This document shows positions 38,080 through 47,026 of a stretch of 64,000 nucleotides of DNA, in pieces. The position numbers and the translations under genes were made by a program. The DNA is from a candidate division FCPU426 bacterium (GTDB taxonomy: Bacteria; Oederibacteriota; Muellerivitia; Muellerivitales; Muellerivitaceae). The notes below the pieces were generated by a model. It saw only the letters and a list, made by a program, of their open reading frames with translations. It was not told the DNA's origin and searched no databases. Location: assembly GCA_030041545.1 (NCBI GenBank), contig JASHNQ010000062.1, positions 38,156 through 102,155 of the forward strand, in the 5' to 3' direction. Position 1 is the first letter of the stretch. Each line of letters begins with the position of its first letter.

Positions 38080-39676
38080 GGTTCCCCTCAACGGGCGCGG
38101 GAGGCGCTGGGAGGGCCCTTGTTTTGAAAAAGAATCCCAATGTGCAAAGGATCACCACTCCCCAGCAAAAGCAGGGGAACCAGTTGCCCCAGCGGGAATA
38201 AAGGGTACGGTGTGCCCGGGTAGCCAAAAGAACGTCCGCCCCAAGCCAGGTCGTCTCAAAAAGGTTCGTGGAACAAAGGACGCGCCCAAAGGGATCGGTG
38301 GCAAGACAGATGCCCGTGTTGGCCGCGCGAAGTAGGGGTTTCCGTTCCTCCGCGGCGCGGACCACGGCCATCATGGCGTGCTGGTAGGGCGAGGCTGTGC
38401 GCCCATACCAGGCGTCGTTGCTGATGTTCACCAGGGCATCCGCGCCGGTTCGGCAAGCCTTCTCGACATCGCCAGGGAAAATCACCTCATAACAAATCAT
38501 CGGCGTATAACTGAAACCCCTCACCTGGAATTTCACGTAATTCTCGCCGGGGTCGAAGTTCCCCAGGTCCCCCACGACCGGTCCCAAAAAAGCCAGGTAT
38601 TTCTGGAACGGGACGAATTCTCCAAAGGGAACCAAATGGCGTTTATGGTAAACGCCTTCCGGCTTCCCCCGGGGGTCGAATTGGACCGCCGCGTTATAAT
38701 AATGAACTATTCCGTCGGCCTTTTTCTGGGCGTCCAGACATCCCACTAAATGGTAGGTTTTGGATTTTCGGACGATGGATACCACCCGGTCGCGGGAATC
38801 CCGACTCCACAACAAGTAGGCCGGTGCCGCGGTTTCGGGCCAAATCACTAATCCGGGCTTTCCTTTATCCGCGCTTTTGGCCAGCCGTTCCAAAGTGTCG
38901 TAGGTGGCGTTTTCATTTTCTTTGCTCCACTTCACGTCCTGGTTGACGCTGGGCTGGAGCAAGGCCACGGTACCCTTTTTTAGGAGGGGAGTGGTTTTTA
39001 TTTCCACACCACCCCAAATCCCCAAGGCCAGGAGCACTCCCAAAGTCATCAGCGGCCCCCTCCAAGTAAAACACTGTCTCAAAAGAGGAACTCTATCTCC
39101 TTCCTTGAAAAAGCCGAGCACCCATTGGGCGAACCACTCGTTAAACCACACCATGAGGAAAGTCAGCCCATAAATTCCGGTCCAAGAAGTGATCGTCAAA
39201 AGGGGCGGGTAGGGCGCCTGGCTGTAACCCAACTCCCCCCAGGAAAAACCGCCCCAGGGACGGCTTCCGCGGATGTACTCCAAGGCCACCCAAAGGCAGG
39301 GTCCGATCCACCTTTCAAGGTTTCCCTTGGCCGCTAGCCAACGGTAGGCCCACCCAAACGCCATCATATAAAGGCTCAAATAGAAAACCAAAACAGCCCA
39401 TGCCAAACCGCTCAAGTATTGGGCTGCCTCCAGGAAAGCAATCCAATAAAGGATTCCCCCAAACTGAGCGAAACCAAAAAACCATCCCAAGAGGGCCCCC
39501 TGGCGGGGAGGTGTTTCATGGAGGGCGATAAAAAAAGGGATCAAGGCGACCCAACCCAGGAAAGCGGTTGGTGGGGTCAGAGTTTTGCACAGGAAATTGG
39601 GGAAGGAAAACCAGACCAACGCGGCGCTGATAAGACACAAGAGAAGCCGGGAACCGAAGGAAAGCCTTGGGATCAT
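38069..39676 (-). CDS. lnt: apolipoprotein N-acyltransferase
   Basis: TM N-region, WPETA, YHKRHLVPFGEFVP, ICYEVIF, NISNDAWYG, RAANTGI. Confidence 0.96.
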   Translation of the reverse strand: MIPRLSFGSRLLLCLISAALVWFSFPNFLCKTLTPPTAFLGWVALIPFFIALHETPPRQGALLGWFFGFAQFGGILYWIAFLEAAQYLSGLAWAVLVFYLSLYMMAFGWAYRWLAAKGNLERWIGPCLWVALEYIRGSRPWGGFSWGELGYSQAPYPPLLTITSWTGIYGLTFLMVWFNEWFAQWVLGFFKEGDRVPLLRQCFTWRGPLMTLGVLLALGIWGGVEIKTTPLLKKGTVALLQPSVNQDVKWSKENENATYDTLERLAKSADKGKPGLVIWPETAAPAYLLWSRDSRDRVVSIVRKSKTYHLVGCLDAQKKADGIVHYYNAAVQFDPRGKPEGVYHKRHLVPFGEFVPFQKYLAFLGPVVGDLGNFDPGENYVKFQVRGFSYTPMICYEVIFPGDVEKACRTGADALVNISNDAWYGRTASPYQHAMMAVVRAAEERKPLLRAANTGICLATDPFGRVLCSTNLFETTWLGADVLLATRAHRTLYSRWGNWFPCFCWGVVILCTLGFFFKTRALPAPPAPVEGNHAA

Positions 39677-39689
39677 TGGCGCATTATAA

Positions 39690-39790
39690 CAACAGTTCAC
39701 AGCCTACGGCTGACAGTTCCCAGCAACAACTAAAACCTCGAAACCATCCGTCTTGCTGTGAACTGTCAGCCGTGGGCTGTGATCTGCCTT
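39690..39790. repeat. heptamer-based palindromic element (ACAGTTC/CTGTGAA family)
   Basis: ACAGTTC ACAGCCT ACGGCTG ACAG...CTGTGAA CTGTCAG CCGTGGG CTGTGA arms. Confidence 0.75.
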
Positions 39791-40859
39791 ACTTGGCGTT
39801 CTTGCGGGGCTTGGCGGTGGACTCGCGGATGATGAGTTCCACATCAAAGCCGCGGTGTAGGTATTCGATGGGTTTTTTGTTCAGGGTGGCGTGAGCCATG
39901 GACACCGATGCTTTCCCCATTTCCAACAACGGTTGGTGGAGTGTCGTCAGCGAGGGATCGGCCAGGCGCGCCACATAGGTGTCGTCAAACCCAACAATCG
40001 ATACGTCCTCGGGCACGGATTTGCCCTTGTGACGACAGGCCTTGATCACGCCGATGGCCATGGTGTCGGAAACGCAGCAAATGGCCGTCAGGTCCGGAAT
40101 ACGCTCAAGCAGTTCCCGCCCCATCTGGTAGCCGGCGTCCATGGTGAAGGCGTCGGGCCGTACATGCGAGTAAACCACGTTCTGTTCCTGGTAGGGAATG
40201 TTGTTGTCCCTTAGCGCGTCGCGGTAGCCGGCCAGTCGGTCCTGGCAGATTTTCAGGTGCTCGGGGCCGTTGACGAAGCCGATCCTCTTGTGACCCAACG
40301 AAACCAGGTAGCCGACGGCCTTGTAAATGCCCTTCCGGTCCTCCGCTTGCAGGGTCGGTATTTTTTCCAAGAGATGGTTGGGACCCTCGATCGAAACCGG
40401 TTGGAGGATGATGAGCGGCAGTTCTTCCTTCTGGAAGCGGTCCAGCACGGCGTCCTCCATGGGCACGGACAAGGCGATCACCGCGTCGATCCGGCGCTCG
40501 CCCAGGATGCGGTCATAAAAGTCGTTGAAATCCTCCAAGCTGCCGTTGCAATTGTAGATTTTCAAGTCTACGTTGGCGTGGCGGCATTCCATCTCAATGC
40601 CACGGATGATCTCGTTATAGTAAGGGGAATCGAACATGGTCCCGAAAATCCCGATGGTGTTGGTTCTGGACATTACCAGGCTTCGCGCCGCCACGTTGGG
40701 GTAATAGTTGAACTTCTTGATGGCGGCCATGACCTTCTCGCGGGTCTCGGCCGAGATCCGGGGATTTTGATTGATCACCATGGAAACGGTGGTGTGGGAT
40801 ACTCCGCAATACTTGGCAACCTGCTTTAAAGTGGCCCTGGACTTGCTTCCGCTGATCAT
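39789..40859 (-). CDS. LacI family transcriptional regulator
   Basis: TLKQVAKYCGVSHTTVSMVIN, YYPNVAARSL, VSIVGFDD, LTTLHQP. Confidence 0.95.
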   Translation of the reverse strand: MISGSKSRATLKQVAKYCGVSHTTVSMVINQNPRISAETREKVMAAIKKFNYYPNVAARSLVMSRTNTIGIFGTMFDSPYYNEIIRGIEMECRHANVDLKIYNCNGSLEDFNDFYDRILGERRIDAVIALSVPMEDAVLDRFQKEELPLIILQPVSIEGPNHLLEKIPTLQAEDRKGIYKAVGYLVSLGHKRIGFVNGPEHLKICQDRLAGYRDALRDNNIPYQEQNVVYSHVRPDAFTMDAGYQMGRELLERIPDLTAICCVSDTMAIGVIKACRHKGKSVPEDVSIVGFDDTYVARLADPSLTTLHQPLLEMGKASVSMAHATLNKKPIEYLHRGFDVELIIRESTAKPRKNAK

Positions 40860-40903
40860 AACGTTTTCATGCCCCCGTTCAAACGGCACTCGCCCGATAT
40901 CCG

Positions 40904-41305
40904 TTATTTCTTTGAATCACCTTGGGAAGAAGGCGCGGTTTTAGGTGCCCCCTGTGCCTGGGGAGCTGGGTTTACTTGAGGTTGCGGGTTGACCGCTGGA
41001 ATCGCAGCGGAAGCAGCTGCTTGCGGGGGAGGAGCCGCCTGCTGCTGTTGTTTTTCGATGAGATCGGTGACTGAGCTGGGCGCCTTTTCATACCGGTGCA
41101 CGAAAGACATCAAAAGGCATAGGATCATAAAAGTGCCGGCTAATATGGTGGTGAATTTGGTCCAAAAAGTTTTGCCACTGGTGCCCAAAAGGCTCTGGCC
41201 CGTACCGGAAAACAACCCGGCCGAGGTTTTGGGTTGCTGGATCAAGACAACGCTGATCAGCACTAAGGCGTTCAAAATAAACAGGATAGTAACAATGACG
41301 CTCAT
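40904..41305 (-). CDS. secG: preprotein translocase subunit SecG with Q/P/A-rich tail
   Basis: LISVVLIQQPKTSAGLFSG...KFTTILAGTF; follows tpiA. Confidence 0.88.
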   Translation of the reverse strand: MSVIVTILFILNALVLISVVLIQQPKTSAGLFSGTGQSLLGTSGKTFWTKFTTILAGTFMILCLLMSFVHRYEKAPSSVTDLIEKQQQQAAPPPQAAASAAIPAVNPQPQVNPAPQAQGAPKTAPSSQGDSKK

Positions 41306-41391
41306 GGGCTCCTCGTTTAAAAGCGGGTTTATTTTAAATGAAACCACCCGGGATATGCTAATAAATCTTTTTAAACCTTCACTGCTTTACG

Positions 41392-42153
41392 TTAAAACTG
41401 GACAATAGCCGTAAAAGAGTCGATCTTCAGGCTTGCACCACCCACCAAGGCACCATCAATGTCGGCCTGGGCCATTAATTGCTTTATATTTTCGGGTTTG
41501 ACGCTGCCCCCATATTGGATGCGGAGGTTAGCCGCGGCATCGTCATTGAATCTTTTCGCGATCAGGCCCCGGATAAAGGCGTGGACCTCGTTCGCCTGTT
41601 CGGGCGTGGCGGTTTTACCTGTCCCAATGGCCCAAACAGGTTCGTAAGCCACCACGATTTCGGCCAAATCCCCCAAACCAATTCCTTCAAAACACCCGTT
41701 CACCTGGGTCTCAACAACATTTTCGGTTTTCCCCGCTTCCCTTTCCGAAAGCGTTTCGCCGACGCAGACGATGGCTTTAAGGCTGTTCCGAAGAACGTTT
41801 TTAAGTTTTGCGTTGATCCTTGCGTCCGTATCGTTGTCGAATTGGCGCCTTTCGGAATGCCCTAGAATGACATAATGCACTCCCGACTCCTTGAACATTG
41901 CCGGGCTGATATTGCCCGTATAAGCCCCCTCATTCTCCCAATGCGCGTCTTGGCAACCCACCTGGATATTGGAAAATCGTAATGTCTCGACTACCGCCGC
42001 CGCCGAAAGGGCCGTGGGGCAAACAACAATTTCCCGGTCCTTCATGTCCTTCAGTTTATCCCGCAGTTGGCGGACGAATTCAAGCGACTCCTTGGGGGTT
42101 TTATACATCTTCCAATTTCCGGCGATGATGGGTTTCCGCAAAACCACCTCCAA
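41392..42153 (-). CDS. tpiA: triosephosphate isomerase
   Basis: IAGNWKM, GHSERR, AYEPVWAIGTG, YGGSVKP, LVGGASL. Confidence 0.98.
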   Translation of the reverse strand: MEVVLRKPIIAGNWKMYKTPKESLEFVRQLRDKLKDMKDREIVVCPTALSAAAVVETLRFSNIQVGCQDAHWENEGAYTGNISPAMFKESGVHYVILGHSERRQFDNDTDARINAKLKNVLRNSLKAIVCVGETLSEREAGKTENVVETQVNGCFEGIGLGDLAEIVVAYEPVWAIGTGKTATPEQANEVHAFIRGLIAKRFNDDAAANLRIQYGGSVKPENIKQLMAQADIDGALVGGASLKIDSFTAIVQF

Positions 42154-42244
42154 AAGGCAGCGAGTAGCGGGTGGCGATGGCTGATAGCAAATGCTTAAAC
42201 GTCTTTAAAGCTACCAGCCACCCGCCACCAGTTGTCGTTTATTT

Positions 42245-43450
42245 TTATTTCTTGTCGCTTAACGCGACAATTCCCGGCAGTTGCTTCCCTTCCATGAATT
42301 CCAAGGACGCCCCCCCGCCTGTGGAAATATGCGACATCTGGGAAGCCAGGCCCATTTGGGTGACCGCGGCCACCGAATCCCCTCCCCCGACGATGGTGGT
42401 GCCTCCTTTTTCGGAAGCTTCGGCAAGGAGTTTGGCGATCGCAAAGGTTCCCTTGGCAAAAGGCTCCATTTCGAAAACGCCCACGGGACCGTTCCAAAAG
42501 ATGGTTTTCGCCGTGCGGATAAAGTTGGCGTATTTTTCAACCGTGGCCGGGCCGATATCCACCCCTTCCCAATCGGGAAGGATGCCGCCCCGTGGAACGG
42601 TTTTAATGTTGGCCTTCGCGTCAAACTTGTCCGCGATGACATGGTCAATCGGCAGGAGAAGCGGGACATCCGTATCAATGGACTGGCTCAACAACTGTTT
42701 CGCCAATTCGAGCTTGTCGTTTTCCACGAGGGACTTGCCGATTTCAAATTTCCGGGCTTTGAGGAAGGTATAGGCCATGCCGCCTCCGATGATGAGCACA
42801 TCCACGATCCTCATCAGGTTTTGGATGACGTCGATCTTGGTGGAAATCTTGGACCCGCCGATGATGGACACGAAAGGCCGCGCGGGGTTGGAGAGGGCTC
42901 CGCCCAAGTACTGGATTTCCTTCATCATCAGGAATCCAGCGACCGATTGGGCGACAAACTTGGTCACGCCCTCAGTGGAGGCATGGGCCCGGTGGGCCGT
43001 GCCGAAGGCGTCGTTGACATAGATATCGGCTAAGGCCGCCAGTTTCTTGGCGAAGTCCGCGTTGTTTTTCTCCTCCTCGGCGTGGAACCGCAAGTTTTCC
43101 AGAAGAACTACGTCCCCGTTCTTCATGGCCCCCACTTCCTTTTCCACCTCGGGGCCAATGCAGTCCGCGAGCGCCTTCACGGGTTTTCCCAAAAGATCGG
43201 ACAAGCGGGCCGCCACCGGCTTCAAACGGAGCTTCTCGTCCGCACCCTTGGGACGGCCCAAGTGGGAGCAAAGCACCACTCTCGCCCCATGGCCAGTCAG
43301 GAATTGGATGGTTTTCAAGGATTCCCGGATGCGGGTGTCGTCCGTGATTTTGAGGGATTCATCCAAGGGCACATTGAAATCCACGCGGACTAAAACACGT
43401 TTCCCGGCCGGGTTCAAATCCTCCACCGTCAGTTTCGTGTAGGAAGACAT
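42245..43450 (-). CDS. pgk: phosphoglycerate kinase
   Basis: [43 protein letters not shown]. Confidence 0.98.
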   Translation of the reverse strand: MSSYTKLTVEDLNPAGKRVLVRVDFNVPLDESLKITDDTRIRESLKTIQFLTGHGARVVLCSHLGRPKGADEKLRLKPVAARLSDLLGKPVKALADCIGPEVEKEVGAMKNGDVVLLENLRFHAEEEKNNADFAKKLAALADIYVNDAFGTAHRAHASTEGVTKFVAQSVAGFLMMKEIQYLGGALSNPARPFVSIIGGSKISTKIDVIQNLMRIVDVLIIGGGMAYTFLKARKFEIGKSLVENDKLELAKQLLSQSIDTDVPLLLPIDHVIADKFDAKANIKTVPRGGILPDWEGVDIGPATVEKYANFIRTAKTIFWNGPVGVFEMEPFAKGTFAIAKLLAEASEKGGTTIVGGGDSVAAVTQMGLASQMSHISTGGGASLEFMEGKQLPGIVALSDKK

Positions 43451-43623
43451 CGCTACCTCCAGTTATGAGTTAAGGAAGTTTTTTGTCCCACAACTCAATA
43501 ATCGTGTTAGTGGTTTCGTGGGACTATGCCGATCTCATTCACTGTTTTTATGGAAGATCGGCACGAACCTAAGGTTCAAAAAAACATTCATCAACTCAAA
43601 ACCAAAAACTCAGAACTCAAAAC

Positions 43624-44550
43624 TTATTTTTTTGTTTTAAGGTCGGTTTTAAACGCCTCGGCGATGGTGCTGAGGGCGCCCAGGGTTCCCGATGCCTCCA
43701 AAGGAAGGAAAATTTTCGTGGCCTGCCCGTTGGCCACATTGCCCAGCATTTCCATGTATTTCAAGGCCAGCAAATCCTGCGTTGGATTGCCGTCATGGAT
43801 GGCCTTGAAAACCGTCAGGATGGCTTGGCCGTCTCCCTCCGCCAAGGCGATTTTTTGGAACTTGTTGGCGGTGGCCACCCGCTCAATGGCGCCGGCTTCC
43901 CCTTCCGCCTTCAGGATGGCCGCCTGTTTCTCGCCTTCCGCCTTGGTAATGGCCGCCTGCTTGATACCCTCGGCTTCAATAATGGCGGCCCGCTTGGTCC
44001 TTTCAGCCTTCATTTGGGCGCTCATGGCGTTGACAATGTCCGCGGGCGGATCGATCTTTTGGATTTCCACCCGCGTGACCTTCACGCCCCATTTGTCCGT
44101 GACTTCGTCCAGGATTTCCCTCATCCGGGTGTTGATTTGCTCCCGGCTGTTAAGCGTTTGGTCCAAATCCAATTCCCCGATCGTGTTGCGAAGGTTGGTT
44201 TGGGCTAGGTTGGTGGCCGAACCCTCAAAATACTGGACGTTGTAAACAACTTTAAAGGGATCGGTCACATGGAAGTAGATCAAGGCGTCCACGGAAACGA
44301 CCACATTGTCTTTGGTGATCACCTCCTGCGGGGGGACGCTGATATATCTCTCCCGCATATCCACTTTGCGCATGCTCTCAAAGGGCGGGAAAAGGACGGT
44401 CAAACCCGAATCCGCCGTGCGGGTGTACTTCCCCAGGCGTTCCACCAGCCCCTTTTCATAGGGGCGGATGATCCGGATGGCGCGGGAAACGTAAATAAAC
44501 ACGAAAATGAGGAATATTAAAATGGCCGGACCGGCAAGGATTTCCATCAT
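43624..44550 (-). CDS. SPFH/stomatin (band 7) family protein
   Basis: GLVERLGKY, PQEVITKDNV, AQTNLRNTIG, QMKAERTKRA; ATG at 44550 with GGAGG. Confidence 0.93.
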   Translation of the reverse strand: MMEILAGPAILIFLIFVFIYVSRAIRIIRPYEKGLVERLGKYTRTADSGLTVLFPPFESMRKVDMRERYISVPPQEVITKDNVVVSVDALIYFHVTDPFKVVYNVQYFEGSATNLAQTNLRNTIGELDLDQTLNSREQINTRMREILDEVTDKWGVKVTRVEIQKIDPPADIVNAMSAQMKAERTKRAAIIEAEGIKQAAITKAEGEKQAAILKAEGEAGAIERVATANKFQKIALAEGDGQAILTVFKAIHDGNPTQDLLALKYMEMLGNVANGQATKIFLPLEASGTLGALSTIAEAFKTDLKTKK

Positions 44551-44579
44551 CAGCCTCCTTAAAAAAAAGCTAAACTCCT

Positions 44580-45005
44580 TTAAACCTTCACCCCCAAAAC
44601 ATTTCCTTTGACTGCCGTGACGGTGGTTTTGGCGCCCACCGTCAAGGGCTCCTGGTTTTCCGACTCGATTTTCCAGGATTCTCCTTCCACTTTGGCATAA
44701 CCCTGGTGGGGTTGATTTGCGTCCACCTTGGTGACGACGGCCGTTTGGCCCACCAAGGCGTCCACATTCGAGGCTCTTTGCGTCTTGCCGGACAATCGGG
44801 GGGCCCAACGGCGGCTTAAGCCCACTAAAACCAGGGAGGACAATGCGAAGGTGAGGTATTCAATGGGGGCTTTATCGACGAAAAGGCTTAAAAGGGCCGT
44901 CAGAAGGGCTCCCGCCCCGATCCAAAGGAAGAAAAAAGAAGCGGTCGTCAGTTCCAGGATGAAAAGGACGGCCGCCGTCGCCACCCACCAAACGACTGGA
45001 TGCAT
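44580..45005 (-). CDS. NfeD family membrane protein
   Basis: Three TMs plus OB-fold (LVGQTAVV, KVEGESW, GNVLGV); adjacent to the SPFH gene. Confidence 0.9.
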   Translation of the reverse strand: MHPVVWWVATAAVLFILELTTASFFFLWIGAGALLTALLSLFVDKAPIEYLTFALSSLVLVGLSRRWAPRLSGKTQRASNVDALVGQTAVVTKVDANQPHQGYAKVEGESWKIESENQEPLTVGAKTTVTAVKGNVLGVKV

Positions 45006-45117
45006 TTCAAACCCCAGTTCTAAGTTTTGAGTTCGCAGTTTTGAATTACTGAATGTTTTTGAACCGAAGGTTCAAAAACTTCCCTAACTTGAAACTCAAC
45101 ACTCAGAACTCAAAACT

Positions 45118-46122
45118 TTACTTTTTGGACGCCATATATTCAATGAGGTCCGCGACGCGGTTGGAATAACCCCATTCATTGTCGTACCAGGAAAGCACCT
45201 TCACCAGGTTGCCCCCGGTCACGAAGGTGGATTGGGCGTCCACGATGGAAGAGTGGGAATTACCCTTGAAATCCGAGGAAACAAGGGGTTCATCCGTTAC
45301 GTCCAAGTACTTATCCAGCTTACCCCGGGCGGCCTCCTTGAGGGCGTTGTTGACGTCGTCCTTGGTGACGGTCTTGCCGACCTCGGCCACCAAGTCGGTC
45401 ACCGAGACGTTGGGCGTGGGAACGCGCATGGCCAAGCCGTCCAGTTTGCCTTTCAGGTCGGGCAGCACCAAGCCGATGGCCTTGGCCGCCCCGGTGGAAG
45501 TCGGGATTATATTCAGGGCCGCGGCGCGGGCCCGGCGCAGGTCCTTATGCGGGAAGTCCAAAATGACCTGGTCGTTGGTGTAGCTGTGGATGGTGGTCAT
45601 CAGGCCCTTCACGATGCCGAATTTGTCGTGCAGCACCTTGGCGAAGGGCGCCAGGCAGTTGGTGGTGCAGGAGGCGTTGGAGACCACGTGGTGGTTCTTC
45701 GGGTCGTATTTGTCCTCGTTCACGCCCAGGACGATGGTGATGTCCTCGCCCTTGGCGGGAGCGGAGATGATGACTTTCTTCACGCTGTCCTTGATGTGGA
45801 CCACGGCTTTTTCCTTGTCGGTGAACCGGCCTGTGGATTCCACCACGTACTCGATGCCGTGCTTGCCCCAGGGGATGGCCGCGGGATCCTTTTCGGCGTA
45901 AACCTTGATTTCCTTGCCGTTGACGATAACGGTGCCGTCGCCGGCCTTCACGTCCGCGTGGAGGTTTCCCAAGACCGAGTCATATCTCAAAAGATGGGCG
46001 AGCGTATTGGCATCCGTGAGGTCGTTGACAGCGACGATGTCGATGTTCTTGTTCCCCATCGCGGCGCGGTACACGTTGCGCCCGATGCGGCCAAAACCGT
46101 TGATGCCGACCTTGATAGCCAT
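45118..46122 (-). CDS. gap: glyceraldehyde-3-phosphate dehydrogenase (type I)
   Basis: [36 protein letters not shown]. Confidence 0.98.
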   Translation of the reverse strand: MAIKVGINGFGRIGRNVYRAAMGNKNIDIVAVNDLTDANTLAHLLRYDSVLGNLHADVKAGDGTVIVNGKEIKVYAEKDPAAIPWGKHGIEYVVESTGRFTDKEKAVVHIKDSVKKVIISAPAKGEDITIVLGVNEDKYDPKNHHVVSNASCTTNCLAPFAKVLHDKFGIVKGLMTTIHSYTNDQVILDFPHKDLRRARAAALNIIPTSTGAAKAIGLVLPDLKGKLDGLAMRVPTPNVSVTDLVAEVGKTVTKDDVNNALKEAARGKLDKYLDVTDEPLVSSDFKGNSHSSIVDAQSTFVTGGNLVKVLSWYDNEWGYSNRVADLIEYMASKK

Positions 46123-46244
46123 GAAATCCTCCAAAAATGGGTTGAAAGGAGCGGTTAAACTAACACAGGGGGTGGAAAGCGGTCAAGAGCCGCTATAAAC
46201 GGATGTTCGCCAAATGTTGAATTCATAAATTTTGGATTTATGGA

Positions 46245-46273
46245 AACTTTCGATGGTATTTCATCGAAAGTTT
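46245..46273. terminator. hairpin after comF
   Basis: AACTTTCGATG-GTATTT-CATCGAAAGTT. Confidence 0.55.
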
Positions 46274-46293
46274 ACCTTAACTCAAACCAGCCG

Positions 46294-47019
46294 TTAAAAG
46301 TGGTGCGGCGTCCTGCCGAAAACCGCCGCGCCCACCCACGCGACCCCGGCCTTTTTCAGCACCTTGGCGCATTCCTCCAAGGTGGCCCCGGTAGTGAAGA
46401 CGTCGTCGACCAAAACCACCCTTAAGGGCAACGGCCCCTCGGACCGTACCTGGTAGGCGCCCTTGGGATTCCTCAACCGCTCTTCGCGGCCCAAGGACAT
46501 CTGCGGCTTGTTGGGCTTTATTTTCTTCAATATCGGCCGCAGGGGAATATCGGTGGCTTTGGAGATTTCGTCGGCCAGGAGAATCGCCGGATTGTAGCCC
46601 CGTTCCCTTTCGCGTTCCGCGCTTAAAGGCACGGGCACCAGGCTTTCAACGCCCTCCCAAAAAGCCGGGGTGGAACAGGAGATCATCTTCCCCGCCAAAT
46701 CCGACTTGAGGGATTCCATGCCCTCGAATTTGAAGCCATGATGGGCGATCCGTAGCGCCCCCTCGTAAGGTCCCACCGCCCGGACCTTGTCCAAAAAATA
46801 ATCCCCCTCCCCGCAGTCACGGCACCGCGGCAAGCGAGCATCCTCGAAAGCCCGTGCTGGAAGCGACATCCCGCAATGATCACACACCGGATCCTCATAG
46901 GCCGGGATCGAGTCAAAACAGGATCGGCAAAGGATGTTGGAAAGGCCGTTTTGAAACCCTTCCCCGCACCTCTGGCAGATTTTGGGAAAAAGAAGGTCGA
47001 GCCAAAACGAACCCGTCAT
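46294..47019 (-). CDS. comF: ComF family protein (double zinc ribbon + PRTase-like domain)
   Basis: FPKICQRC...CRSC...CDHC...CRDC; RERGYN; LVDDVFTTGATLEECA. Confidence 0.9.
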   Translation of the reverse strand: MTGSFWLDLLFPKICQRCGEGFQNGLSNILCRSCFDSIPAYEDPVCDHCGMSLPARAFEDARLPRCRDCGEGDYFLDKVRAVGPYEGALRIAHHGFKFEGMESLKSDLAGKMISCSTPAFWEGVESLVPVPLSAERERERGYNPAILLADEISKATDIPLRPILKKIKPNKPQMSLGREERLRNPKGAYQVRSEGPLPLRVVLVDDVFTTGATLEECAKVLKKAGVAWVGAAVFGRTPHHF

Positions 47020-47026
47020 CGTACCT

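Noticed and set aside
43624-44808. 394-aa extended SPFH ORF
   Set aside because: The extension overlaps nfeD in another frame; ATG at 44550 has a GGAGG SD.
45232-46158. 308-aa plus-strand ORF opposite gap (also shadows over pgk, the TPR gene, the GH gene and the LacI genes)
   Set aside because: Fully overlaps well-supported genes on the other strand.
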